A model generated the notes under the pieces. The model made no database searches. It saw only the letters and a list, made by a program, of their open reading frames with translations, and was not told where the DNA came from. This document shows positions 56,298 to 64,000 of a DNA stretch of 64,000 nt, in pieces. The translations under genes and the position numbers were made by a program. This DNA is from Planctomycetota bacterium (lineage in GTDB: Bacteria > Planctomycetota > UBA1135 > UBA2386): positions 4,288,001-4,352,000 of the forward strand of contig OZ245838.1 of the NCBI GenBank assembly GCA_965228735.1, in the 5' to 3' direction. Positions within the stretch are counted from its first letter, which is position 1. Every line of letters starts with the position of its first letter.

Positions 56298-56894
56298 TTA
56301 CTCCGGCGGCTCCCGGGTAACCGCCGCGTACCGCCACGCCCCGAGGGCGGTGATCGAGATCCCGCCCAGCTCGAGGAGCCAGTTCCAGCGCAGCCCGAGC
56401 ACCCGTTCGCCGAGGAACGCATCGACACGGTGGAAGGACGCCGCGCGCACGAGCACGAACGTCACGACGAGCGCCGTGCCGAGCAGCGCCACCCACATCC
56501 GCCGCAGGGCCGTCCGCGACCACCAGACCACGAGGCCGACGACCGTCGCTCCCACCGCGAGGACGGCCGCGATGAACGCGAGCTGCACGGTGCGACGGTG
56601 TTCGTACCAGCCGTCACGCCGCGCCAGGACCCGGCCGGTCTCGGTGAGCGCCGACTGCAGGTCCAGCTGCTTGTTGATGCCGAGCAGCACGAAGCCGATC
56701 GCCAGGAGCAACCACGTCGAACGCGGGCCAGTCGCCTCGCCCTCGATCGCCCGGCTCCGGCGCGCCGCGCGCAACGCGAGGCCGGCGGCGAACAGGTAGG
56801 CCAGGACCGTGAGCCAGCCGAACACGGTCGGATCGCCGATCTGCGGCGACCACTTGCCGATCCAACCCTGGACCTCCTGCGCGACCGCGCTCAT
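56298..56894 (-). CDS. Membrane protein of unknown function
   Basis: About 5 TM segments; WSP.IGDPT, LGINKQLDLQ, GWY..RR.VQ, RAASFH, LELGG motifs. Confidence 0.75.
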   Translation of the reverse strand: MSAVAQEVQGWIGKWSPQIGDPTVFGWLTVLAYLFAAGLALRAARRSRAIEGEATGPRSTWLLLAIGFVLLGINKQLDLQSALTETGRVLARRDGWYEHRRTVQLAFIAAVLAVGATVVGLVVWWSRTALRRMWVALLGTALVVTFVLVRAASFHRVDAFLGERVLGLRWNWLLELGGISITALGAWRYAAVTREPPE

Positions 56895-57256
56895 CGCTTG
56901 CTCGCACCCTTCGCCGGCGGCTTCGCCGGCATCTTGGCTGGCCCGGTCCCGCGCTGCCGCACCCGCCACAACGGCACCGTGACTGCGAGCAGGCCGCCGA
57001 GCGCGATGAGCACCCACGCGACGCGGTCCGACTCCTTCAACGATTCGGCCGGCACTTCCCGCATCGCGAGCGCCAGGCGGGTCTCGCCGCCCTGCAGGTA
57101 GAACGTCGCCTCGCCGATGGCGCGCCAGAGGACGAACGTGTTCTCGACCTCGGCGCGCGCGTGCCGGGCGAGCGCGACCTGACCATGCAGCGTGAGCCCG
57201 CAGCCGATCAGCACGCCGCCGAGCAGGATCAGGAACCAGCGGACGCAGCGCACCAT
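56891..57256 (-). CDS. Small membrane protein (2 TM)
   Basis: Two hydrophobic segments; overlaps the start of the next gene by 4 bp. Confidence 0.55.
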   Translation of the reverse strand: MVRCVRWFLILLGGVLIGCGLTLHGQVALARHARAEVENTFVLWRAIGEATFYLQGGETRLALAMREVPAESLKESDRVAWVLIALGGLLAVTVPLWRVRQRGTGPAKMPAKPPAKGASKR

Positions 57257-57289
57257 TGCCGCCAACGCTACGCCCGCGCGACCCGAGGT

Positions 57290-59911
57290 CTATTCCTTGC
57301 CGGTCTTGGCGGCGGCCCGTTTCGCGCCCGGCTTCCCCGCGTCCTTCGCGCTCGAGCCTGCCGACCTCTGATCGCCATCCTGCTTCTCGCCCTGCTTCTC
57401 CTTGGGCTGATCCTTCGGCTTGACGTGCACGATGCGCTTGCCGTCGCGGAACACGACGCGGTCACCGAGCGCCAGGACGGCGCTCAGCCTGGGGTTGCTC
57501 TTCAGCAGCTCGAAGTAGCTCTTCGAGAACGCCTCGACGACGACGGCCTGGCTGGCCCAGTCGGCCGGCAGCCCCTGTTCGACGAGGTCGGCGCCGACCG
57601 GCACGAAGACCCGGCCAGCGGCGCGGCGCAGCAGTCGCTTGCCGCTGCCGGAGTCTCGGAGTTCGTCGAGCTCGACGTTCTCCGCCGGGTCGGCCTCGGC
57701 GCGCAGAACGTCACTCTTCCGCGCCGCCCCGAGGTAGAAGTCGTCGGACGCGGTCACGAGGCTCTCACGCACGGCCTCGGCGCCGGTGCGCTTCTTGCCG
57801 AGGCGCCGCAGGCGCTCGAGCGCCGGCTGGTTCTTGGCTTCGCTCGCGGAACCGTCGCCGCGCGCTCCCCACCGCGCGACCGGGCTCGCGGCTCCCCGCG
57901 GGCCGGGAGTCGACGGCCCGCTCGGCCCTGCCGAAGCCGGGCCGCCCGGCCCACCCGTGGCCGGGCCGCCGGCGGCCGGTCCACCTGCTACCGGTCCACC
58001 TGGGGCCGCCCGATCGGCGCCGCCGCCGAGTCCCACCGCGGTATTCCAAGCGCCGCTGGCCCCCGGCCGGCCGACGCGACCGCCCCGCCGCGACTCACGC
58101 TGGCGCAGCGGCTGGTTGGCGAGGCGCATGCCCTCTTCGACGATCAGCTGCGACGTGTAGGGCGTGACGATGCCGTAGCGCGTCGCGAGCTGCTTCACCT
58201 CGCTGACGAGCTCGGGTTTGGCGCCGTTCCGCCGGATCGCGTCGAGCAGGCTCGCGACGTGCTGCCGCGCCCAGATCGTCTGCACGAAGGTGTGCTCCTC
58301 CGCGAGCTTCGGGAAGTCGACCTCGAACACGAACTCGCGCTTCTTGCCGCCCTGCGTGCCGCACAGGCGCACGACCTTGCTGCCGTGGTCACGATAGCGC
58401 CCGACGACCTGCAGCATCTCGCCGCAGAACATGTCACGCGTGCGCGCCGGGTGCACGTCGAACGAGTCGAGCCCGTCGCACCGGATCTCGACGTCGGTCA
58501 GGGCCGGCTGCGAGATCTTCTGGCACAGCGCGTCGACCTTGAGCTCGATCTTCTCCTTGTTCCGCACGAAGTCGCGCGCGCCGCGGTGCTGCTGCACGAG
58601 GTCGTCGATGAGCCGAACGTCGATGTCGTTGCCGACGCCGAGCGCGAAGACGCGCGTCTTGTGCTCGTCCGACTGCTTCGCGAGCTGCAGGATCTCCTTC
58701 GGCTCCGTGATGCCGACCGTCGGCTCGCCGTCGGTGACGAACACGATCTGGCCGAGCCACGGGCCGTCGCCGTCCGCCTTCGGCGTATCGACCGCGAGCG
58801 CCGCCCGCAGCGCCTCGGCGATGTTCGTGCCGCCCTTGGCCTCGAGCCGTTCGATGCGTTCGAGCGCCGCGGTGATGTGCTCCTTGGTCGCGAGGCGCGG
58901 CGCGTCGAAGAACGTCTGCACCGAGGAACTGAACGTCACGATCTGGAACAGGTCCTCGCTTTGCAGGCTGCGCAGGAACATCCGCAGCGATTCCTTCGCC
59001 TGGCGAATCTTGTCGCCCTTCATCGAACCCGAGGTGTCGACGACGAACTGCACGCAGCGGCGCGGCGTCGTTTCGAGCGCGCGCGGCGGCGACAGCAGCA
59101 TGACGAAGTAGCCCGGATCGGCGAGCTGACGCCACGTCAGCAGGTGCAGGCCGAACTCCTGCTCGCTGAGCCCGTAGAGCACGCTGAGGTCTTCGCTCGG
59201 CACGCCCTTGCACTCGAACGTGACGCGCGCCTCGCGGTCCCCCTGCTGCACGACCTCGGCGCTCTGCTGCGGCGAGACGACGGTCGCGAGCCGCGTCTGC
59301 GACGTGATCTTCACGTCCATCGTGAGCTGGCCCTGCCCCGTGTCACCGTACTTCGTCGCGCGCAGCGGCCACTGCCATTCGAACACGTTGCCGCGCGGCT
59401 CGAGGATCTGCCGCAGCCGCACGGTCACGACGACGTCCTGCTGGGCCGGGATCGGGTAGACCCGCGCGCGCAGCATGCCTTCGCCCGCGTATTCGAGCAG
59501 GCCCGGGTCGCGCTTCCGCCGCACGATCGCCTCGTAGACCGAGCGTGCCTGATCGGCGCCGAGGACCTCGCCCTCGAGCTCGACGCCGCCGACGGCCATC
59601 GTGAAGCCGTCCGCGACCGCACCGCGCGGCAGCGGCATGAACCACGTGCCCTCGGCCTCGCGCCGTCCGTGATTGTGGAACGTCTGCTCGATCGTCGTGG
59701 TCGCGACGCCGTCGACGATCTGCGCGCGGATGGCCGTCTTCTGCAGCTCGACGCTCGGGCCGCGGCGGATCGTCGGGCGCGGCGGCCGCGGCGTGCCGTG
59801 ACGCGGCTGGTCGCGATCCGGCCGGTCCGGGCGGTCGGGGTCGGGGGTCAGCAGCAGGCCTTGGGCGGCGAGCGGAACGGAGAGCAGCAGCGGAATCAGG
59901 AATCTGGCCAT
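57290..59911 (-). CDS. Secreted VIT + VWA domain protein (inter-alpha-trypsin inhibitor-like)
   Basis: Signal peptide MARFLIPLLLSVPLAAQ; VIT A.T.IEQTF.N...EAEG...PLP..A...Y..IVRR.RDPGLLEY; VWA VDTSGSM, GGTNI, VTDG; YGIVTPYTS. Confidence 0.9.
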   Translation of the reverse strand: MARFLIPLLLSVPLAAQGLLLTPDPDRPDRPDRDQPRHGTPRPPRPTIRRGPSVELQKTAIRAQIVDGVATTTIEQTFHNHGRREAEGTWFMPLPRGAVADGFTMAVGGVELEGEVLGADQARSVYEAIVRRKRDPGLLEYAGEGMLRARVYPIPAQQDVVVTVRLRQILEPRGNVFEWQWPLRATKYGDTGQGQLTMDVKITSQTRLATVVSPQQSAEVVQQGDREARVTFECKGVPSEDLSVLYGLSEQEFGLHLLTWRQLADPGYFVMLLSPPRALETTPRRCVQFVVDTSGSMKGDKIRQAKESLRMFLRSLQSEDLFQIVTFSSSVQTFFDAPRLATKEHITAALERIERLEAKGGTNIAEALRAALAVDTPKADGDGPWLGQIVFVTDGEPTVGITEPKEILQLAKQSDEHKTRVFALGVGNDIDVRLIDDLVQQHRGARDFVRNKEKIELKVDALCQKISQPALTDVEIRCDGLDSFDVHPARTRDMFCGEMLQVVGRYRDHGSKVVRLCGTQGGKKREFVFEVDFPKLAEEHTFVQTIWARQHVASLLDAIRRNGAKPELVSEVKQLATRYGIVTPYTSQLIVEEGMRLANQPLRQRESRRGGRVGRPGASGAWNTAVGLGGGADRAAPGGPVAGGPAAGGPATGGPGGPASAGPSGPSTPGPRGAASPVARWGARGDGSASEAKNQPALERLRRLGKKRTGAEAVRESLVTASDDFYLGAARKSDVLRAEADPAENVELDELRDSGSGKRLLRRAAGRVFVPVGADLVEQGLPADWASQAVVVEAFSKSYFELLKSNPRLSAVLALGDRVVFRDGKRIVHVKPKDQPKEKQGEKQDGDQRSAGSSAKDAGKPGAKRAAAKTGKE

Positions 59912-60086
59912 GTGTCGCACCTTGCGGGGACCGCGCCCATGCACGCGGCGTGCCGCAGAGAAGCGACGAACGCGACCCGTTCCCGGCAGTTCCCGAAAGC
60001 CGGCCGAAGGCTCCGATCGGGGCGAGAACGGCCGCCCCGCGGCCGGCGGTGTCACGCCGGCGAAACGACAAGGCCGACCGGCGGCG

Positions 60087-60839
60087 TCAGCGGCCGGCCG
60101 GTGCGAGCGGCAGGTCGAGGCCGCGGGCGTCGAAGATGACCTCGAACCGGGGCGCGAGCCGGCGCACGAGGTCGGCCGGCGTCTTGATGTCCTGCGCCGC
60201 GATTCGAGCCGTGACCTGCCGGTCCCCCGTCTTCTTCAGCGTCTTGGTCCAGAGGTAGACCTTGCCCGGCACGTCGATCCGAAGCTTCAGATCGAGGCCC
60301 TCGAGTTGCTGCTGCCGCTTCACGAAGAAGCCGGCGATCACCGGGTCGACGGTCTCCGCGAGCGCTGCGGCCTTCTTGCGAGCCTCGAGCCAGGCCGTCC
60401 GACCCTGCGGGTAGAACGTCAGCTTGGCCGTGCCGGCCTTGGGGCCCGCCTGCAGCGTCCACTCGGCCTGGGTGCCGTTGAGCGGGCACTTCTGCAGCGT
60501 CTGGAAGTCCGCGAAGGTCGCCGCCAGCTCGACCGTTCGACGCCCGCCGTCGCGCTTCGTCTCGTAGCCGGTGAGCTCGAGGCCGGCCGCGACGAGATCC
60601 GCCTGCGTCTTCTCGCGGTCGAAAACGGCTGCCGGATCCGTCGCCCCGCCGAACCGGGCCGCGGCCGCGGCGGTCTTGACCTCGGCGATCGTGCTCTCGC
60701 GCATCGTCATCGCGAACACGAACTCGCCGCTGCCGTCGGCCCGCAACGTCACCTTCTGGTCGAGCTCGAGACAGCCCGCGAGCGGCAGCGGCAGAACGAG
60801 CGCCAACGCAGCCAGAGTCCGGGTCCTGATTCGTCGCAT
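60087..60839 (-). CDS. Putative lipoprotein
   Basis: MRRIRTRTLAALALVLPLPLAGC lipobox, then V.L..DGSG. Confidence 0.72.
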   Translation of the reverse strand: MRRIRTRTLAALALVLPLPLAGCLELDQKVTLRADGSGEFVFAMTMRESTIAEVKTAAAAARFGGATDPAAVFDREKTQADLVAAGLELTGYETKRDGGRRTVELAATFADFQTLQKCPLNGTQAEWTLQAGPKAGTAKLTFYPQGRTAWLEARKKAAALAETVDPVIAGFFVKRQQQLEGLDLKLRIDVPGKVYLWTKTLKKTGDRQVTARIAAQDIKTPADLVRRLAPRFEVIFDARGLDLPLAPAGR

Positions 60840-60934
60840 ACGAACTTGATCGGCCCTTGGCATCGGCGAACTGGAGCTTTCAGGCCGGCGACCGCTCGAT
60901 CGGTCGCGGCCCCGGCGTAGGCTGGGCCGAACCG

Positions 60935-61921
60935 ATGCTGGCACAAGAATCCGAGGTGGCCCAGTGGATCACCGACCTGCCCTACCTGGCCGTGGTCGTG
61001 GGCCTCGCCGGACTCGTGATCGGCGCCGAGCTGCTCGTGCGCGGGGCGGTCTGGGTCGCCCTCGTGCTCGGGATGAGCCGCATGGCGGTCGGCCTCACGC
61101 TCGTGGCGATCGGCACGTCGCTGCCGGAGCTGCTCGTGAGCCTCAACGCAGCGCGCAAGGGTGAAGCCGGCATGGCACTCGCGAACGTGCTCGGCAGCAA
61201 CGTGTCCAACACGCTGCTCATCGTCGGCGCGACCGCGGCGATCTGCGCGATCCGGCTGCAGGTGCGCTGGCTCGAGCTCAACTACATGCTGATCGCGACG
61301 GCGATCCTCGGCGTGCCGTTCGTGTTCGGCCTCGGCATCGAACCGATCGTGTCGTGGCTGATGCTCGCGATGCTCATCGTGTTCATCTCGCAGCTCATGA
61401 TGCGCGAACGCAAGAACCGCAAGGCCAACGCGAGTGCGGAGGAGCGCCCGGCCGGCACGGCGATCGGCTGGGTCCTCCACGTCGGCCTGTTCATCGGCGG
61501 CTTCTACGGGCTGCAATACGGCGCCAACTGGCTCGTCGATGGTGCCGTCGTGATCGCGGTGGACTACGGCATGTCGACCGAGCTCGCCGGTCTCACGATC
61601 GTCGCGGTCGGCACGAGCCTGCCCGAGCTCGCGACCTCCGCGCTCGCCGCGATCCGCAGCCAGCCCGAGATCTGCATCGGCAACATCCTCGGCAGCAACA
61701 TCTTCAACGTCGGCGCGGTGCTCGGTGTCGCGGGGCTGCTGCAGCCGTTCGCAGTCGAGCCGGAGCTGTGGCGCTCGATGGCCTGGGCCGCGGGCTCGGC
61801 CATTCTGCTCGTTCTCGTGCTGCGCGGCAGCAAGGGCGTGCCGCGGCTCGTTGGCATCGGCTTCGTGATCGCATTCGCGGCATTTCTCACCATCGAAGTG
61901 CTGCTCCAACCGCCGAGTTGA
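60935..61921 (+). CDS. Calcium/sodium antiporter (YrbG/CaCA family)
   Basis: Two alpha repeats GTSLPEL...GSN; about 10 TM segments. Confidence 0.93.
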   Translation: MLAQESEVAQWITDLPYLAVVVGLAGLVIGAELLVRGAVWVALVLGMSRMAVGLTLVAIGTSLPELLVSLNAARKGEAGMALANVLGSNVSNTLLIVGATAAICAIRLQVRWLELNYMLIATAILGVPFVFGLGIEPIVSWLMLAMLIVFISQLMMRERKNRKANASAEERPAGTAIGWVLHVGLFIGGFYGLQYGANWLVDGAVVIAVDYGMSTELAGLTIVAVGTSLPELATSALAAIRSQPEICIGNILGSNIFNVGAVLGVAGLLQPFAVEPELWRSMAWAAGSAILLVLVLRGSKGVPRLVGIGFVIAFAAFLTIEVLLQPPS

Positions 61922-61969
61922 GCCGGCGGGCTGCCGGCCACCGGCGAGTCGCGGTATCCTTCGGAGGCC

Positions 61970-62779
61970 ATGCTGCCCGCCCTCATCACCGTCAGTCTGC
62001 TGGTCTGTCAGGATCCGGGTTCCGAAAAGCCCCCGGCCGGCAAACCCGCCGTCGAGAAGGCCGCCGACGCGAAGAAAGCTGCCGAAGCCGCCGCAAAGAA
62101 GAAGACCGCCAAGAAGGTCGTCTTCATCGAGGATTGGGACGACAAGCGCGCCAAGGCCGCGGCCAAGGAGCTCGGCAAGGTCGTCAGATCGAAGAAGTCA
62201 TCGATGCGCGACCGCAACAAGGCGCTCGAGGTCATCGCGACGGCGCGCAACGACGCGTTCGTCAAGCCGCTCGTGCGCTGCATCGAGCGCGATGAGTCCG
62301 TCGTGATCCGGCGCCGCGCCGCGCAGCTGCTCGGCAACCAGCCGCCGAAGAAGGCCGGCCGCGCGATCCTCAAGCTCGTGAACAACGGCCGCGTCTCGTC
62401 CCACCCGACGCTGCAGGCCGAGATGATCAAGGCGCTATCGCGCTGCGGCTACGAGGCCAGGCACTGGCAGGAACTCGACGACCTGTTCGAACGCTACTAC
62501 GAGCTCGATCGCGTGCCGCTGCAGGAGGCGATCCTCGAGCTCGTGGCGCAACACAAGGAGAAGCAGGCGATCCCGATCCTGCTGCGCAACCTCGACGAAC
62601 CGATTCCGACCAACGTGCACGGTGGCGACAACCCGCCGGCCTCGTACTGGGAGGCGCGCTGGAAGTCGTGGAAGCGCTGGCGCCCGAAGGTGAAAGAGGC
62701 GCTGTTCGCGATCACGGGTCAGCGCTTCAGCACTGCCGAAGAAGCCAAGGTTTGGCTCGAGAAGAACAAGCTGAAGTAG
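61970..62779 (+). CDS. Secreted HEAT-repeat protein
   Basis: Hydrophobic N-terminus; VIRRRAAQLLG, AIPILL..L; C-terminal AL..ITG..F.....W. Confidence 0.7.
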   Translation: MLPALITVSLLVCQDPGSEKPPAGKPAVEKAADAKKAAEAAAKKKTAKKVVFIEDWDDKRAKAAAKELGKVVRSKKSSMRDRNKALEVIATARNDAFVKPLVRCIERDESVVIRRRAAQLLGNQPPKKAGRAILKLVNNGRVSSHPTLQAEMIKALSRCGYEARHWQELDDLFERYYELDRVPLQEAILELVAQHKEKQAIPILLRNLDEPIPTNVHGGDNPPASYWEARWKSWKRWRPKVKEALFAITGQRFSTAEEAKVWLEKNKLK

Positions 62780-64000
62780 GCCCCGCAGGCCGCGCTGCGG
62801 CTGCCGAAGCCGCTGCTGCCGCCGATCCCGTCGGCTTCGTGCGGCAGCACGCGCCGTGGCTCCTGGCAGAAGAACTCGGAGCCTGCGTCGTCGGTTCGAC
62901 GGCCCTGCGGATGCGCTGCGAGCGGGACGGCGTTGCCGGTCCGCGGTCGGCCGACCTCGACCTGGCGTGGGCGCTCGATCCGACGGCTGGGTGCACGTTG
63001 CTCGAGCAGCACGGCGCGTTCCTCAAGGCGACGGAGGGCAACCTCGGGCGCGGCACGGTCGCGGCGAGCATCGGTGGAGTGCGGCTCGAGATCACGACGT
63101 TCCGCGGCGCAGCGACGGAGAACGCGCCTCTCGCGGAACGAATTCGGGCCGACCTCGCCGAACGCGACATGACGATCGGCGGCGTCGCGGTCGAGCTTCG
63201 GACGGGCACGATCCACGATCCACACGACGGCTTTCGGCACTGGCACGAACGTCGCATCGCGCCGATCGGCGATCCCGCGGAACGCGTTCGTGAGCACCCC
63301 GTGCGCTGGCTGCGCTACTTCCGCAAGGCGCACGAGTTCGGCTTCGCCGTCGACCCCAAGGTGCGCGCGCTCGCGCTCGATCCCGCGCTGCTGCACGACC
63401 TGCCGCCCGAGGCGGTCGCGGGCGAACTCCGCGCGATCCTGCTCAAGTGCGGCTCGCCCGGCCGCTGCCTGCTCGAGCTGCACGAGGCCAATTTGCTCGA
63501 GACGATCGCGCCGGAGCTCGCGCGCCAGTTCGACGGCCGGCCGGCCGGGCCGCAGCGCTGGCACCCCGAGGTCTCCCAGGCGCTGCACCTGATCCTCGCG
63601 CTCGAGTGGATCGTCGAGCACTCCCGCCACCTCGACGAACGCGACCGACTCACCGTGCTGCTCGCCGTGCTCACCCACGACCTCGGCAAGGGCTACACCG
63701 AAGCCGAGCGACTGCCGAGCCACCCCGGCCACGAGCACGACGGCGTCCCGCACGTCGAACGCTTCCTCGACCGCTGGCCCGGCCTCGCCGACGCCCGCGC
63801 GCGCAACCTCGCGCGCCACGTCTGCGCGCAGCACCTCACCGTTCGCAACTTCGAACGCCTCCGCCCGGGCACGCTCGCGAAGCTCTACGACGACTGGTTC
63901 CGCCAGCAGGACTACCCGATCGAGCTCTTCGCCCTCGCCGTCGCCGCGGACAGCGCCGGCCGCCTCGGCCTCGAGAACACGGGCCACGAGGTGCAGGCCG
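62752..64000 (+). CDS. Class II tRNA nucleotidyltransferase (CCA/PAP family) with HD domain, 3' end beyond the window
   Basis: Manual translation (no stop in window): VVGSTALR..DLDL, EITTFR, DLAERDMTI, DPHDG, EHPVRWLR, WHPE, LTHDLGK, HPGHE. TTG start at 62752 is inferred. Confidence 0.85.
   Translation, partial: MAREEQAEVGPAGRAAAAEAAAAADPVGFVRQHAPWLLAEELGACVVGSTALRMRCERDGVAGPRSADLDLAWALDPTAGCTLLEQHGAFLKATEGNLGRGTVAASIGGVRLEITTFRGAATENAPLAERIRADLAERDMTIGGVAVELRTGTIHDPHDGFRHWHERRIAPIGDPAERVREHPVRWLRYFRKAHEFGFAVDPKVRALALDPALLHDLPPEAVAGELRAILLKCGSPGRCLLELHEANLLETIAPELARQFDGRPAGPQRWHPEVSQALHLILALEWIVEHSRHLDERDRLTVLLAVLTHDLGKGYTEAERLPSHPGHEHDGVPHVERFLDRWPGLADARARNLARHVCAQHLTVRNFERLRPGTLAKLYDDWFRQQDYPIELFALAVAADSAGRLGLENTGHEVQA

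Noticed and set aside
54258..60040. Shared short motifs GGCTCCGA...GCGAGAACGGCC in two intergenic regions (~54258-54295 and ~60009-60035) as a REP family
   Set aside because: Only two short, differently spaced matches in very GC-rich DNA, which could be chance.

Overview
Very GC-rich bacterial chromosome segment. The gene content (ECF sigma factor/Ser-Thr kinase pair, many secreted HEAT/VWA and beta-rich proteins, P- and L-ring flagellar genes) suggests a Planctomycetota lineage; this is inference. From left to right: (1) a ~16 kb block of secreted proteins (Kelch-like propeller, beta-helix repeat protein and others) that appear to share a C-terminal domain, interspersed with a 5'-nucleotidase, a DegT aminotransferase and a kinase-FGE/ECF pair; (2) ada-alkA/ogt; (3) a lysine riboswitch-led dapE-like/lysC/dapB/dapA/dapD operon; (4) flgM (sigma28 promoter) divergent from a sigma54-promoted fliK-flgDEFGAHIJNKL operon ending in a FliE-like ORF and a GNAT; (5) etfBA, a B12 radical SAM gene, nth, yggS, purH and prfB with its +1 programmed frameshift; (6) a Fis-like regulator, an ECF/anti-sigma pair, VWA/HEAT/VIT proteins, a Ca/Na antiporter and an atypical tRNA nucleotidyltransferase cut by the window edge. 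Most notable: the candidate shared C-terminal sorting/anchoring domain, the near-universal Gln after predicted signal peptides, a decayed 152-bp duplicate of the nucleotidase 3' end bracketing one secreted gene, the lysine riboswitch, and the altered catalytic motifs of the CCA-type enzyme. I saw no rRNA, tRNA, CRISPR array, transposase or integrase.
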